Source: Anolis carolinensis (lineage: Eukaryota). From it: a stretch of 64,000 nt of DNA. The first letter of the stretch is position 1. The number at the start of each line of letters is the position of its first letter. The stretch is from positions 77,352,782-77,416,781 of the forward strand of contig NC_085842.1 of NCBI RefSeq assembly GCF_035594765.1, in the 5' to 3' direction. The position numbers and the translations under genes are program-made. This document shows positions 50,418-63,799 of this stretch, in pieces. The notes under the pieces were generated by a model. That model saw only the letters and a program-made list of their open reading frames with translations. It was not told the DNA's origin and searched no databases.

Positions 50418-50984
50418 CTAAAATAAAACAGAAATGAAAGTGTTGAAGGAAACATTTCATTTTGTCACACACATTTATATTTTAACAGCCAATTTCTAAC
50501 TTTTGAATAAAATGTTAAGAATGTATTAAAAATAACTGGGTAATAGTTCATATTTTCTCTTCATTTGCTGCTGAAGTAATTTTAAGTTTTAAAAGAACCA
50601 GATTGGTCAAACAAACCCAAGCACCATGTGCTTTACACTGATATAGCACAGGCTAGGATGGAGACAAGAATATTTGAAAATCAGTTCTGGAGGAAGAGTT
50701 CCAAATTCTAATTTCCACAAACGTAAGAAATTCACAATATAGGAAAACCAGAAGTCAACAGGAAACTTGAAGGCATACACATGTACACATACACACACAA
50801 TTCTTTTTAAAATATCATGGTCATATTATGTGGCTACCATGTAATCTCATATTTCAGAGTAAAAACACCAACTATTTGTTGACATTGAATGAGGTTATTT
50901 TAAACACATAATATGAATATGGGAGTTTTAAGAAGCTTAACATCTAGAATACGTGGAAAAGTAGATTTTGAAAAGCAAAAGCAA

Positions 50985-53900
50985 GTGGTCTATGCCCTCT
51001 CGATCTTGGGCCGACCAACCCATGTCCCTGGTCTGGGCAGGGACCCCCTGGGACCACCAGACAGGAAAAGGACTGGCCCTCTCTGCCTGAAGTGGAGGCA
51101 TTGGATGTGACAGAGATCCTTGGACGGGTGCCTGTCTCTCTTTCAGTGCCCCCGTTTTGTGGAAGCCCCCAACGACGTCGCTGCCTCTCCCTGTCAAAGA
51201 GGCAAGCACCAAAGATGGCGGCTGACCTTGGGGACGCCATCGGTGAGCTCATGCCTTCTTCTCCAAACCCCAAAAAGCTTCGGCACAGGCGTGCGGGTCA
51301 CCCCGACTGGAGACAGAAACGCTGCCATGATATGCGCCGGACTTCTGGTGAGACGCCAGAACAAATTATTTTTCTAGCAGAGGGAGTTCCTGGCACTTTG
51401 CAGAGTGCTGGATTGGCAGCGGGCCAAGATGGTCTGACAACAGACTCTGGAGAACCTGAAGCCCCAGACATGGACAAATATACAATGATGGGAACCGGTA
51501 AACCTCCAAATCGTAGGTTTCAGAGACGTGGTTGTCATCAAAAGAAGTTTAAGACTAGAATCTTCTGGGGAGTAGGATTTGGTAACCGGACAAGACCTGC
51601 AACTACTACCTTCTCCCACAAATTGGCCAATGTTCCGCCAAGTGGTTCTAGATCTGTTAATATGGAGAAGGGAGCACTCCCCCAAAACATTAGTACCTGG
51701 GATTCGAGTATCAGAACTGTGGACATAAAAGAGAGAGTGACCTCCCAGTGTGGTGGAGTTAAGAACTTATCCCAACACTCTCGAGGGAACCTAGACTTGA
51801 CATCCCCTAGATCACCCCCCCCCCCCCCACCCACAATGCTGGCCGGGTGTTCTGGCCTTTACACCTGCCCCTCATTACTCCGAGGGCTCTATTTATGACC
51901 ACTTGGTAATTGGCCATGCCCCATCTCCTTTTCAGGGGGCCAGTCGAACATTGGGCACTTAGCTTCTGCTGTAGAGCCCCCAAGAGAAGTAGGTCTGTGT
52001 ATGGGAATTCCTACGATCTCTGGGAGGGGGAGATATGACGGTAGGCTCAGGCCGAATATTAGAGGGAGGCTGAGTCGACGGAAGACTCGGCCCCCCTCTG
52101 ACCTGCGGCCTATCCCCAAGTGCACCTATGACAGGCGACCAGTTTCCTCCCCTCCTACCCTGGTGTTGGTGAATGCTAGGTCCATAAGGAATAAAACTGC
52201 TACTATCAGAGATTTTCTTACTGACCAGGGAGCTGACCTAGTGTGTATCACTGAAACCTGGTTCCAAGAGGGGGACGAGATCCTACTCCAGGAAATAACA
52301 TCTCCAGGTTATGTAATCACCCACCAGATGCGGAGTGGGAGGCGGGGGGGTGGGGTGGCTATGCTCTCCCGAGAAAGCTTTTCTCTTAGGGCAGTTCCTG
52401 TTGTGGACATCTCTGGCACTGAATGTGTTGGTCTGGTGTGGGATTCCCCTGAGAGCATGGCCTTTCTGCTGGTGTACCGTGCGCCTAGTGCACCAGCAGA
52501 CAGCCTATCCCAGCTGCTCGAGACTGTGTCGGAGTGGTCCTTGAGGTTCCCCAGACTTGTTGTCCTGGGGGACTTCAATGTCCACGCTGATACGGACTCT
52601 TGCTCAGCAGCGGCTATGGACCTAGTGTCTACCATGGAGACACTAGGACTCTTGCTCTGCAGTACTGGGCCCACGCATCAAGCAGGACACACGCTAGACT
52701 TGATCTTCAGCGCAGGAATTCAAGTGACCCAAGCCTCTATTTTAGAGGTTCCATGGTCGGATCACTGTGCCCTGAGAGTCAGGCTGGAGCATGCCTACCC
52801 ACCTGGCAAGGGCGACGAGCCGATTTGGGCTCGCCCAAGAAGACTTATGAAACCTAGTAGGTTCCAGAATGCTCTGAAGGATCTGGAGCCTGTCAGCGAC
52901 TCAATCGATGTGCAGGTGGACACGTGGAACATCAGGCTGTCCAATGCACTCGGCGAGATCGCTCCTAGACGCCCTCTCCAACCCCGCCGAAATCGGTCTC
53001 CTTGGTTCACCGAGGAACTTCGATCGATGAAGCGGGAAAAGAGACGGCTAGAGGGCGTGTGGCGAGAACTTCATGACAGAGCTTCGAGATCAGCTTACAG
53101 GGCATTTATGGAGTCCTATGAGCATGCTACCATTGAAGCAAAGCGAGTATACTATGCCTCTTTGATAGAGTCCGCCAGTTCACGCCCGGCAAAATTGTTC
53201 AAAATAATTAGATCTCTAACGACGGTTCCTACCAACCCAAAAAGTGATGATCAGGCCCCTTCAGCCGAGGCTTTTCAAAGCTATTTTGCTGACAAGATCT
53301 CACTACTACGCCGGGACCTCCCCGCCACAACTGATACAATGAGAGAACTTGAGACTCCGTGGCCAGTTGCTGGGATTGAGAGGGCAGTAGCGGTGCAGCT
53401 GCAGCAGTTCCTAGACGACACAGCCGGACTGGATCCTTTCCAGTCTGGCTTCCATGCGGGGCATGGGACAGAGACTGTATTGGTTTCCATCACAGATCAT
53501 CTCCGACGCCAGCTTGACCGGGGCGGGTCGGTGTTGCTTGTGTTATTGGATCTCACAGCAGCATTTGACACAGTCGATCACAATCTTCTGACCCACCGCC
53601 TTGCCGTTGCTGGAGTTAGGGGGACAGCTTTAAATTGGCTGGCCTCCTTTCTTCACAACCATGGACAGCGAGTGGAGAGGGGAGGCCTGGTCTCTGAGAG
53701 GTCCCCTCTACATTGTGGGGTTCCTCAGGGGGCCATTCTCTCCCCTCTGTTGTTTAACATCTATATGCAACCACTTGCTCAGCTGGTCCGAGATTTCGGG
53801 CTCGAGTGTTATCAATATGCTGATGACACTCAGTTTGTGTTAAAGATGGAAGGCCAACCGGAGTCTGTACCCGACAGTTTTCACCAGTGCCTCGAGGCCA

Positions 53901-54826
53901 TTATTGGATGGTTGCGTTCCAGTAGGTTGAGGGTGAATCCAGCAAAGACGGAGATCCTATGGCTGGGCCGACCGGGCAGTGGGGATATCCAGTTGCCAAC
54001 CCTGGATGGCGAAGTGCTACGCCTGTCTTCACTAGTAAAGAGTCTGGGAGTCCTCTTGGACCCTTCATTGACGATGGAGGCCCAGGTCTCCGCCGTTACC
54101 AAAACTGCCTTTTTTCATCTTCGGCAGGCTAGACGGCTAGCCCCCTATCTATCGACAATCTGGCTACAGTGATCCAGGCTACAGTCATCTTGAGACTGGA
54201 TTACTGTAATGCCCTTTACATTGGCCTTCCTGTGTCGGTGATCCGGAAGCTCAAATTGGTGCAAAATGCAGCTGCCCGGCTCCTTGCGGGAGTCCCGATA
54301 AGATGCCACATAACACCAATCTTACGGCAGCTGCACTGGTTACCAATTGAGCACCGGATCACTTTCAAAGTGATGGTGCTTACCTTCAAGGCCTTACATG
54401 GTCCAGGGCCGATGTACCTGAGGGACCGCCTCACCCCCTACAAACCCCAGAGATCCCTCCGTTCTGAGGACCAAGACCTGCTGGAAGTCCCCAGTTTTAA
54501 GACCTTGCGTCTAACTGCAACTAGACGCAGAGCCTTTTCAGTAGTGGCGCCATCTCTGTGGAACACCTTGCCACCTGAAGTTCGTGCCTTGCGGGACTTG
54601 TTGGCCTTCCGCAGGGCATGTAAGACACACTTGTTTCGGCAGGCTTTTGAGTTCTATTGCTGATGTTTTAAAAGGTGCTTTTAGGATGTTTTTAAGATGT
54701 TTTTTTAAAGATGTTTTTTAAAATGTTTTTTAAATTGTTGATTTTAGCCGGTTCTTGTAAGCCGCTCCGAGCCCTAGGGGAGTGGCGGCATATAAGTTTG
54801 AAAAATAAATAAATAAATAAATAAAT
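50985..54826 (+). mobile_element. Large L2-clade LINE, antisense within a PRKCD intron
   Basis: GC-rich ~1-kb 5' region, APE-RT ORF2, (GATGTTTTT)-like 3' UTR repeats, stem-loop and (TAAA)n tail; 5' boundary approximate, no TSD seen. Confidence 0.88.
52001..54663 (+). pseudogene. L2 ORF2 (APE endonuclease + reverse transcriptase), disrupted
   Basis: APE motifs VNARSI, ITETW, GDFNVH, LDLIF, SDH; RT motifs LLDLTAAFDTVDH, GVPQGAILSPLLFNIY, YADD. Frameshift at ~54150-54170 and an apparent in-frame deletion near 53365. Confidence 0.9.
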
Positions 54827-56293
54827 TAGCTGGGGGAATTGTTTTTTTAATTAAGATTAATGATCCTATGAATTATATAAAACCTAGTGTTGTAAAAGAT
54901 TCTAAAGTTTCTTTTACAGGTATTCATAGGCTTAAACAAAGAATCCCCCCTTTTAAAAAAGCTGCTTGCCTTTACACCTGGATACAAATGCAGTTTTTTT
55001 TGTCACACATGTATGTAAATTCTATATTCTAAATTAGATGAAAGTTATATTGGTTTAAGTGGGTTTTATTCTCTTAGCAACTATGCAGTTTTATAGCATA
55101 ATCCAGTGCATCTGTAGCTGGTTCCAAACCTCACTCAATTACAGGCTTGTCCACATACAGCCCAGGACGGCTATGAAAGACGGCTATGAAAGAAACATTG
55201 AGATTCTTTAACATTTTTTGTAACTCAACTGCATGTTTCTCAAGAGCAAACTTTGTAAACAACAAGGGACTGGAGTGAAAAAATCAGAGTATGTTACATC
55301 CACAAATATTATTTAAATTATCCATAATTTGCATTATAATTGCAAGCAGTCTGGCCAGAAGAAATTTAAAACTATTAAAATTAACTAATAAAATAAAGAG
55401 TAAGAGGACTCCGTTGCAATGTCATTCATCAGCTATCATTAGTGTTAGCAAATTTTATGTGTGGTCCAAGATAATCCTTCTTCCAATGTGGCCCAGGGAA
55501 GCCACAAGACTGAACACTACTTCTCTAGTACATGTCTTTATGACTACACATTCAAATCCTTTAAAATCAGAAGTAAAATAAAGCTTCTGGTCAATTTTTT
55601 TTTTCACAATTACTGTCAGTTACAGAGCACCCCAGAAGTCTGATGCTCTATTTTGGGCACAATGTCTGTTGCCATTTATAATGTGTTTGTAGCTTAGTGA
55701 GATGATTAAAGTTTGAATTCTAAACATCTAATTTAGGAGGGCAACAGCAACATAGCGCCAAATATAATGATATGAAAAGAAGGTTGTATTTCATTAATGA
55801 GCATAGTCACTCTACTTCAAGTAGTATTCGTTCAGGTTGGAGCTAGCAGGGAGAATGTCTCTATAAGCTAAGAATAGGAAGGTTTTTAAAAAGTATCATT
55901 GTGACTTTATTGTAAGCAATGCTTCCATGTTAAAACTTGAAGAGAGGGAAAGGAGTTGGACCAAAACACCTCCAAAGCACACAGCTGTTCTTTGGTTTTG
56001 CCTTCTGCTGGGGCTATTTTATTTTGAAAAGCAAAAAAGATCAAACATTTACCAACTGATTGCTTCTTACACAGATTGCTCACTTTAAATATCCCTAGTC
56101 TACAAACTGAGATAATTGCTATTAGAAGTATTTTGAACGTTCAGTGTATTTAAACAATTTTGATGGCTTACTTGGCAATATTTAATAATACCAACAACTG
56201 CTGTATTACAATTGAATTATAGGGTTTTAGCCCTGAAAAAGAGAACCCCATACCCTCAACCTTTTCTTCTTAGAGCATGTAGTTCCACAATTA

Positions 56294-56620
56294 AAAAGGT
56301 AAAGGTTTCCCCTGACGTTAAGTCCAGTCATGTCTGACTCTGGGGGTTGGTGCTCGTCTCCATTTCTAAACCGAAGAGCCGGCGTTGTCAGTAGACACCT
56401 CCAAGGTCATGTGGCTGGCATGACTGCATGGAGCCCCGTTACCTTCCTGCCGGAGTGGTACCTATTGATCTACTCACATTTGCATGTTTTCGAACTGCTA
56501 GGTTGGCAGAAGCTGGAGCTAACAGTGGGCGCTCACTCCACTCCCGGGATTTGAACCTGGGACCTTTCGGACTGCAAGTTCAGCAGCTCAGTGCTTTAAC
56601 ACAGTTTGCCACTGGGGCTC
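56294..56620 (-). mobile_element. Full-length Sauria SINE
   Basis: Head/tail as at 40792; TSD CACAATTA (56286-56293, 56621-56628). Confidence 0.93.
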
Positions 56621-57548
56621 CACAATTACAATGCCTAATTAATCTGGTTTTGTCATGCTTAATGTGTTCTTTTAAGCAACAACACAAAAACTGTTTGAAA
56701 CAGTAGATGAATTTCAACTGTAAGGACCAGTTCCTTTCTGACTCCCATTCACATATCCTGCACATTCTTTATTTTCTCTTATGTATTCTTCAAGCAAAGT
56801 GAAAAATTGGAAACAATATATTTGAGTAATCTTGTTTGCAAAATATCAATATTTCAAACCCATTCTTCCTATGCATTACTCATATTTAGTGATTGCTCAC
56901 TTTGATAAGTGAATGGAACAACATCTGCTTTTTGCTGAGCCTTTATCCCTGGAGGAATTAGGCAGGATATTAACCAGTCCAATCTTGGAGTCGAAAATGA
57001 ACTCTCTACTTTCCCCAGGAATGCTGATCTTTCCATTTATTCCTCAAAATAAATGCTTTTCTGTAGTCAATAAATGTATTTAGACCCGGGGTCAAAGCCA
57101 GCTAGGTTTTACATTATGGCCCTGAGGGCATAAAATATGCTTAAGTGGCAATTTTGGGAAGAATCTTAGTTTGCGGTCTTTGAGGATGTGCTTAATTTAC
57201 TGCAATAACGAAGGCAATTCCTGTTAATCTTCCTGCAATACTGTTGTGGTCCATTCCTGATCTCACCGTGGTTTTCCAATGAAAGACTTGAAATATTTCA
57301 TGGGCTTGTAGGGGAAATCTTCATGCTTACAGATCTCCTCCACATGTTAAAAATAGGGGTTGGTGGTTTGCTTAATAATGCAGAATCATAGGGCTGGAAG
57401 GAACATTATTGTGTCTTGTGTCTAATCTTTGTTTGGTGTATTTTGTAGAAATATGTTTTAATATGTGTATATTATAGAACGTTATAAGATGATTGTGTGT
57501 GTTTTAGTGATATTAACCCTCCTCGAACCACGAGGAGAGGCGGGTAAG

Positions 57549-57549
57549 A

Positions 57550-57599
<50 letters not shown>
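57549..57599. repeat. (AAT)n microsatellite, tail of an L2-type 3' fragment
   Basis: About 17 AAT units after the stem-loop cctcctcgaaccacgaggagaggcggg. Confidence 0.9.
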
Positions 57600-57601
<2 letters not shown>

Positions 57602-57638
57602 TCCAACTCCCTGCTTAGCGCAGAATCTCCAACTAAAG

Positions 57639-57816
57639 CAGGCATGGGCAAGCCAGACCTCCAGGTGTTTTGGATTTCAACTCTCACAATTCTTGACCTC
57701 AGGCCCTTTCCTTTCCCCCCTCAGCCGCTTAAGCTGGAAAAGGAAGGGGCCTGAGACCAGGAATTGTGGGAGTTGAAGTCCAAAACACCTGGAGGGCTGA
57801 GGTTTGCCCTTGCCTG
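57639..57816. mobile_element. hAT-type palindromic MITE (same family as 45674)
   Basis: TIR CAGGCATGGGCAA; TSD AACTAAAG/AACTAGAG; lies inside a CR1 remnant. Confidence 0.88.
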
Positions 57817-58745
57817 AACTAGAGCCTCCCCAGCAGGTTGCTGTCCAGCCTCTATCTGAATATCTCCAGAAAAAGAAGATTCAGCATTCCTCTAGGCAAT
57901 GGGTTCAATGGCTGAACTGTCCTCACTGTCAAGAACTGTCTTCTAATGTTCATCAAGATTTGTTAGACTTTGCATTAGACTTCTCTTTAAAAATAGTCAA
58001 GAATAGAAATGGGACCAGGAGAGGTATCAGGGATTTTTTTTAAAAAAAGAAACCCATACTGTACTAGCAATAACACTGGTTTCTAAAATATTAAAAGAGC
58101 AAATTATAAATGGAAAATAAGCCATTTTCTTATCTAACCTTTCATTAGTTTATGGCTTCCTCAAATCAAGGATTGGAACTTCAGTTGTATGTGGTGTCAA
58201 AAGGAGAACCAGCTTAAGGTAATGTAATGTCACAAAATGCTAAGAAACATGACCTTATTCAAGCCTAGAACAGCACACACACTCCAAGACTCATACGCAA
58301 ACAACAACAAATGACAGAAACAGCCATGACTCACTCAGTTCATTCAATGTTCACTCTGACCAGCAGGTACTTGTGGTCCCTACTCATCATATGGCATTAT
58401 TTTAGCGTTCTCAACAAGAGACTCAAATGTAAAATAGCAGGATCATAACTATACCACAATGTCTTACTTTTTATTTTAACAGTGAAATAAAAATATTTCT
58501 GGATGCCTTGCAGAATTCTTCAAAAGTTCCCATCATAATTCCACCACTTCAAACATAAATAACCAATTTTCTTGCCTTTCCTCTTATAAATGGATGGGAA
58601 GGTAATATTTCAGTAGTCAGTAGACTGAATGTACTATCTCCAGTTGTTACATCTCCATATTTTTGGCAACAGTATCAGGCCAACTGTACTTCTAGTTACG
58701 TTTCCCCGAAGTAACTGCTTGCTGGCACCACAAATCTTAAACTTA

Positions 58746-59032
58746 CAGTAGAGTCTCACTTATCCAAGCCTCACGATTATCCAAGCCATTTTTGTAGTCA
58801 ATGTTTTCAATATATCATATTTTGGTGCTAAATTTGTAAATACAGTAATTACAACATAACATTGTTGCATATTGAACTATGTTTTCTGTCAAATTTGTTG
58901 TATAACATGATGTTTTGGTGCTTAATTTGTAAAATCATAACCTAATTTGATGTTTAACAGGCTTTTCCTTAATCCCTCCTTATTATTCAAGATATTTGCT
59001 TATCCAAGCGTCTGCTGGCCGAGACTCTACTG
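58746..59032. mobile_element. Tc1/mariner-type MITE with internal deletions
   Basis: ta|cagtagagtctcacttatccaag...gagactctactg|ta. Confidence 0.85.
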
Positions 59033-59535
59033 TATATACTGTACAGGAAGAACAAAAGCAGTGTTTGGTGGCAGGCAAACCAACCCAGATTACCCTTGAA
59101 AGAAGACAACTATTAGGACTGAATGTGGACAGAACAGTGCCATCTCTCTCTTGAACAGTAGCAACTGCTCTCATTTTTGGATATGGCACATCATTATTGA
59201 AACCAGAACTTTACTGGTTTATAAAATACTAAAAGGTCAGGACTCTTTGAAGTAACAATCTTCATGGAAATTATGAATGATTTCAAAATAAACTGTTTAA
59301 TTTAAGAGCCACCACCACTAATGGAACAAATGTTAACACTCAAGGAAATTGTTACAAAGGTTGCTGCATACAAAGAAGTAAAATTCAAAGAGGAAATAAC
59401 ACTGAGGTTCCACCAATCTGGACTATTCTGGACTCTATAGAGCACTTCAAAGTTGTTTTTCACTATTTTATACAACAAGTACTATTTTGGTGCATTTGAA
59501 ATGCTATACTACATGTTTTTATATTTCAAAGGTAA

Positions 59536-59849
59536 GGTAAAGGTTTCCCCTGACGTTAAGTCCAGTCATGTCTGACTCTGGGGGTTGGTGCTCATCTCCA
59601 TTTCTAAGACGAAGAGCCGGTGTTGTCCGTAGACACCTCCAAGGTCATGTGGCTGGCATGACTGCATGGAGTACCGTTACCTTCCCGCAGGAGCGGTACC
59701 TATTGATTTACTCACATTTGCATGTTTTCGAACTGCTAGGTTGGCAGGAGCTGGAGCTAATAGCGGCCGCTCATGCCGCTCCCGGGGTTTGAACCTGGGA
59801 CCTTTTGGTCTCCAGCTCAGTGCTTTAACGCACTTCGCTACCGGGGCTC
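59536..59849 (-). mobile_element. Full-length Sauria SINE
   Basis: Head/tail as above; flanking direct repeat (TC)AAAGGTAA. Confidence 0.92.
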
Positions 59850-60159
59850 AAAGGTAACATTACATAAACTACACATCTGAAATATAAATATTATGCACCT
59901 CCAAATGAGCCCTTAAATTCTAAGGGTGTGGTATTTTGTGTATATATTATCTATATCGCTTTATATATCATGTTTCTTTATACCCCTGCTTATTCTCTCC
60001 ACAAGGAGATTCAAAGCAGCTTACATTAAATGGACTGTATTTCAATACAATTTAAAATCCACAAACATTAAAACAGAATTAAATATCAATGGTATTAAAA
60101 ATTCACAGTTAAAATCTATAAAAACATATTCAACACTAAAAACCATAGCACCTCCTGAC

Positions 60160-60636
60160 CTAGAATCCTAGAGTTGGAAGAGACCTCATGGGCCATCCAG
60201 TCCAACCCCCTGCCAAGAAGCAGGAAAATTGCATTGAAAGCACCCCCAACAGATGGCCATCCAACCTCTGCATAAAAGCCCACAAATCAGGAGTCTCCAC
60301 CACACTCCGGGGCAGAGAGTTCCACTGCTGAACAGCTCTCACAGCGAGGAAGTTCTTCCTAATGTTCAGGTGGAATCCCCTTTCCTGTAGTTTGAAGCTG
60401 TTGTTTCGCGTCCTAGTCTGCAGGGCAGCAGAAAACAAGTTTTCTCCCTCCTCCCTACTACTTCCCCTCACATATTTATACATGGCCATAATGTCTCCTC
60501 TCAGCCTTCTCTTCTGCAGGCTAAACATGCTCAATTCTTTAAGCCGCTCTTCATAGGGCTTGTTCTCCAGGCCCTTGATCATTTTAGTTCACCCTCCTCT
60601 GGACACATTCCAGCTTGTCAACATCTCCCTGAAATT
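60160..60636 (-). mobile_element. CR1 LINE 3' end (ORF2 C-terminus)
   Basis: MIKGLENKPYEERLKELSMFSLQKRRLRGD...RKNFLAVRAVQQWNSLPRSVV is the CR1 ORF2 C-terminus; tail (T)AGGATTCTAG. Confidence 0.92.
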
Positions 60637-61556
60637 GAGCTGATTTTAAAAATCTTCTTCTTTAAAAGTCTGTCTGAATAAAAAGGTTATGGATATGTTT
60701 GGCATACTGTAAGAATTTGCTTTGCTAGATACAGCAACCTATTCTTGTGCTTCAGACAAACATTTTTGGTTCCCAGCTTGTCCACAGGCAAAATGTTCAT
60801 TTAAAATGTGGAAGTGATAATCTGTAGTATTAATTTGTAATTGCTGTTGGGGGTATGGTCTATGTAGTATAACATTTGAAATATACTCCATGAAGACAAA
60901 TGCTGTAATTTACATAACCTGCAAACAGGTCTTTAAAATCAAGTAAAATGCAGTATCTGCCCTCAAAGTCAGGTAAGAAAGGAAACCCATACACAGAATT
61001 AGACATTTGCATATGAATTACTTTCTGGTACAGTAACTGGGTAACAGATATTTCTCCAAATGTGCATCTAATTCCAGAGACAGTCTCTCCACTGCATTGT
61101 TTTCAAAGAAGTATCTATCTGAATATGTTATATACAATACTTGTTATTTCTAACCTGGCAAAAAATTGGAAAGGTCTACTTTACACAATCATTGGTGGTG
61201 TATGTGTGTGTGTTTGCATTCAGGCTCACAACTATTATACACTATTCTGTAAATTCTGTCACTCACAACATTTCCAGAGAAAAGCGCAACAAACAGCATG
61301 GAAAAACTAACCACAACTCACTAAGAATAGAACCATTAACACACGCAATCATAGTCTTTAAAAACAAGGGCCGTAATTTTGAACTGCTCCCACTGGAATG
61401 AATCAATGCTGTGAATGAGCTGTGTAGGAATATTAGCATTCACATTTATCTTCATCAGAGGCTAACAGACAACACTGTTAGCAGCTGATAATGGAAACAA
61501 TTACTATTTGCATGCTCATAAACGATAGTGGTTTTTTTTTTGTTAATTTAGCTAAG

Positions 61557-61762
61557 AGCCAGTGTGGAACAGAGGATTTGAATCTAAGAGATGAGGGTTG
61601 AAATTTCTGCCTAGCCACAGAAATCCAGTCTGTTATTTTTGGCAAATCACACTCTCTCAGCCTCAGAGGAAGGCAGCAGCAAAATCTTATGAAAAGATCT
61701 GGCCAGGAAAACTGTGACAGGGTCTCCTTAAGTCAGAAATGACTTGAAGGTACATAACAACA
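61557..61762 (+). mobile_element. tRNA-derived SINE (Anolis SINE2/MIR-like), degraded
   Basis: ggcaaatcacactctctcagcctcagaggaaggca...taagtcagaaatgacttgaagg body. Confidence 0.6.
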
Positions 61763-63799
61763 TCACAAATTAATTTAGAAATAGAAATAAGCACATTCCT
61801 TAACATGGAATAAAATAAACCAGCTAGATAGACATACTCAAGACTCCACAGATATCAAAATAAATTTTGGCTAAACATTCTTCACAAAATAAACATAGAA
61901 ACATTCTGGTAACAAGTGCCTGACTATGTATATAATCTTCCCCACTTGCTAATAAATTGCTTGTTAAATATTAAATTGCATGGGGCAAATTTCAAATACC
62001 AAAAAGGATACATTTTACGGTGGTTAACTAACCCTTTCTTTTTGAAGCTGAAGTCAGCGGCATGGTAATTCCAGAAGAAGAAAACTAGTTCAGCTGCCTC
62101 CAAAGTGGCTGAAGACACACAGAGAGGGAGACTCTCAGTGCTAATATAAACCATGCACTACTAGGTGCTAAGGTCTGTGACTGGATAAGGTAAATATCTT
62201 GACTCAAATAAACAAAGGCATTGGCAACTAGATCTGTGTGCTGCTCATAAGCATTGTTCATACAGCACAGAAAAATTGAAGATCAATTCATGGGGATGGC
62301 AGTCCTTGTGTGCTACTGCCTTTCAACAAAAAGCAAAGATAATAATAAGGGGGAAGATAAATGAGTGTGTTATTGCAGACCATCTTGAAGGCTTTGGTTC
62401 TAGCAGAAGTTATCACAACCCAAAGTTCAATGAGCAAAGCAATCAAATGGGCTTTATCCAGTTTCTGCAGAGAGCATTTTTGATGGAGAGTAAGTTAGGC
62501 ACCAGGCCTTGATAAGATAACATTAAGATACTAGCCTGGAATAACATGTTGCATCTTACTATTACATTTCATAATTTGATTACACAGAACACTCTGTATC
62601 CTAAGCCTTTTAGGTCAGATGTAGCCCAAAACTTTTTTCAGGGATCTAAACACCAACACTATTTTCCTTATTTCATTGTACAATATGAAAAACTAGCTTT
62701 GTCACTTTATACAAACTGCCTGTATTATTTTACTCTCAACACAGTAATTCATATTTACATAAATGATAGTGACTCACAACCGTCATTGTCTCTTCAAAAT
62801 TTGACAGACATGGGCAGGAAAACACTGTTGAAAACCTCTGCTTTTTCATAAAACACATTAGTAATTTAGGTGTCTGTTGTAAACCTCGGGCAGTAAAAAC
62901 AACACAAAACAAAGCATCACATTAAATGCCACTGGCAAAGCAAATATTTAATTCTGTCATCGTTCTCACTAAACCATGACATATTTACAATGAAAATACA
63001 CTCATCAAAATGTTGCTGTTTTTTTTAAAAAAATCACAACACCTAATAATACTTGTATACAGAACCACATACCTATTACCTTAAGTCATTATCTTTGAAT
63101 CACCATAGAGTGCTACAAAGAGAAATGTAATAACAAGGCAGTAAGAGAAAGTTTTATATGCTCACCAAAGAATCCCCGTTTGACTCTTTCAAATATTTAT
63201 TTAAAGGAAACTTCAAATAGGATGGCTACTGCCCATGGTTAGAAGTGTGTCCATGCACAACAATGAAAAAAGAGCCAATAGTATATTATGAAATGTGTGC
63301 AACAAATAATTTTCTGAAACAGAATAAGCTCTCTCTTTTCCAAAGGTTGTATATACCCGGAGCTAGGAATGGAGAAGACTAGAGTCCTAAACTTGAGGTG
63401 CATAGCAAACTAAATTAAGAACATTATAATTTTTTTATTCTTCTAGCTACATTTTCCAGCTCTTAGCCTCTCTTTTTTGGTTATAGCATTTAATCAATTT
63501 CTTCCATTGAATTAACAGATTGAAAACTTTTAATTAAACTAAAAGTGGCCCCAAATAACCGTAAAGGTATTTAAAAGAACATTATGATGGCTAATTGATG
63601 TAGTGGAAATTTTACCAAACCATAAAAGGTAATTCAATGGTGAAATGTCCCTCTTTTTTATGGGTTAGGCGAACATCGAATTGGTGAGTTTGGCATACAA
63701 TATTTGAATGTGGTATGACCCCACATCTGTCCCATATCTGACCCTGTCCAAGACACACACACATCCTAGTGGATATATGAAACCATATTTTGACTATAA

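Noticed and set aside
56330-59857. Repeated 'MSDSGGWCSSPFL...' ORFs resembling a small gene family (also at 40833)
   Set aside because: Antisense translations of Sauria SINE copies.
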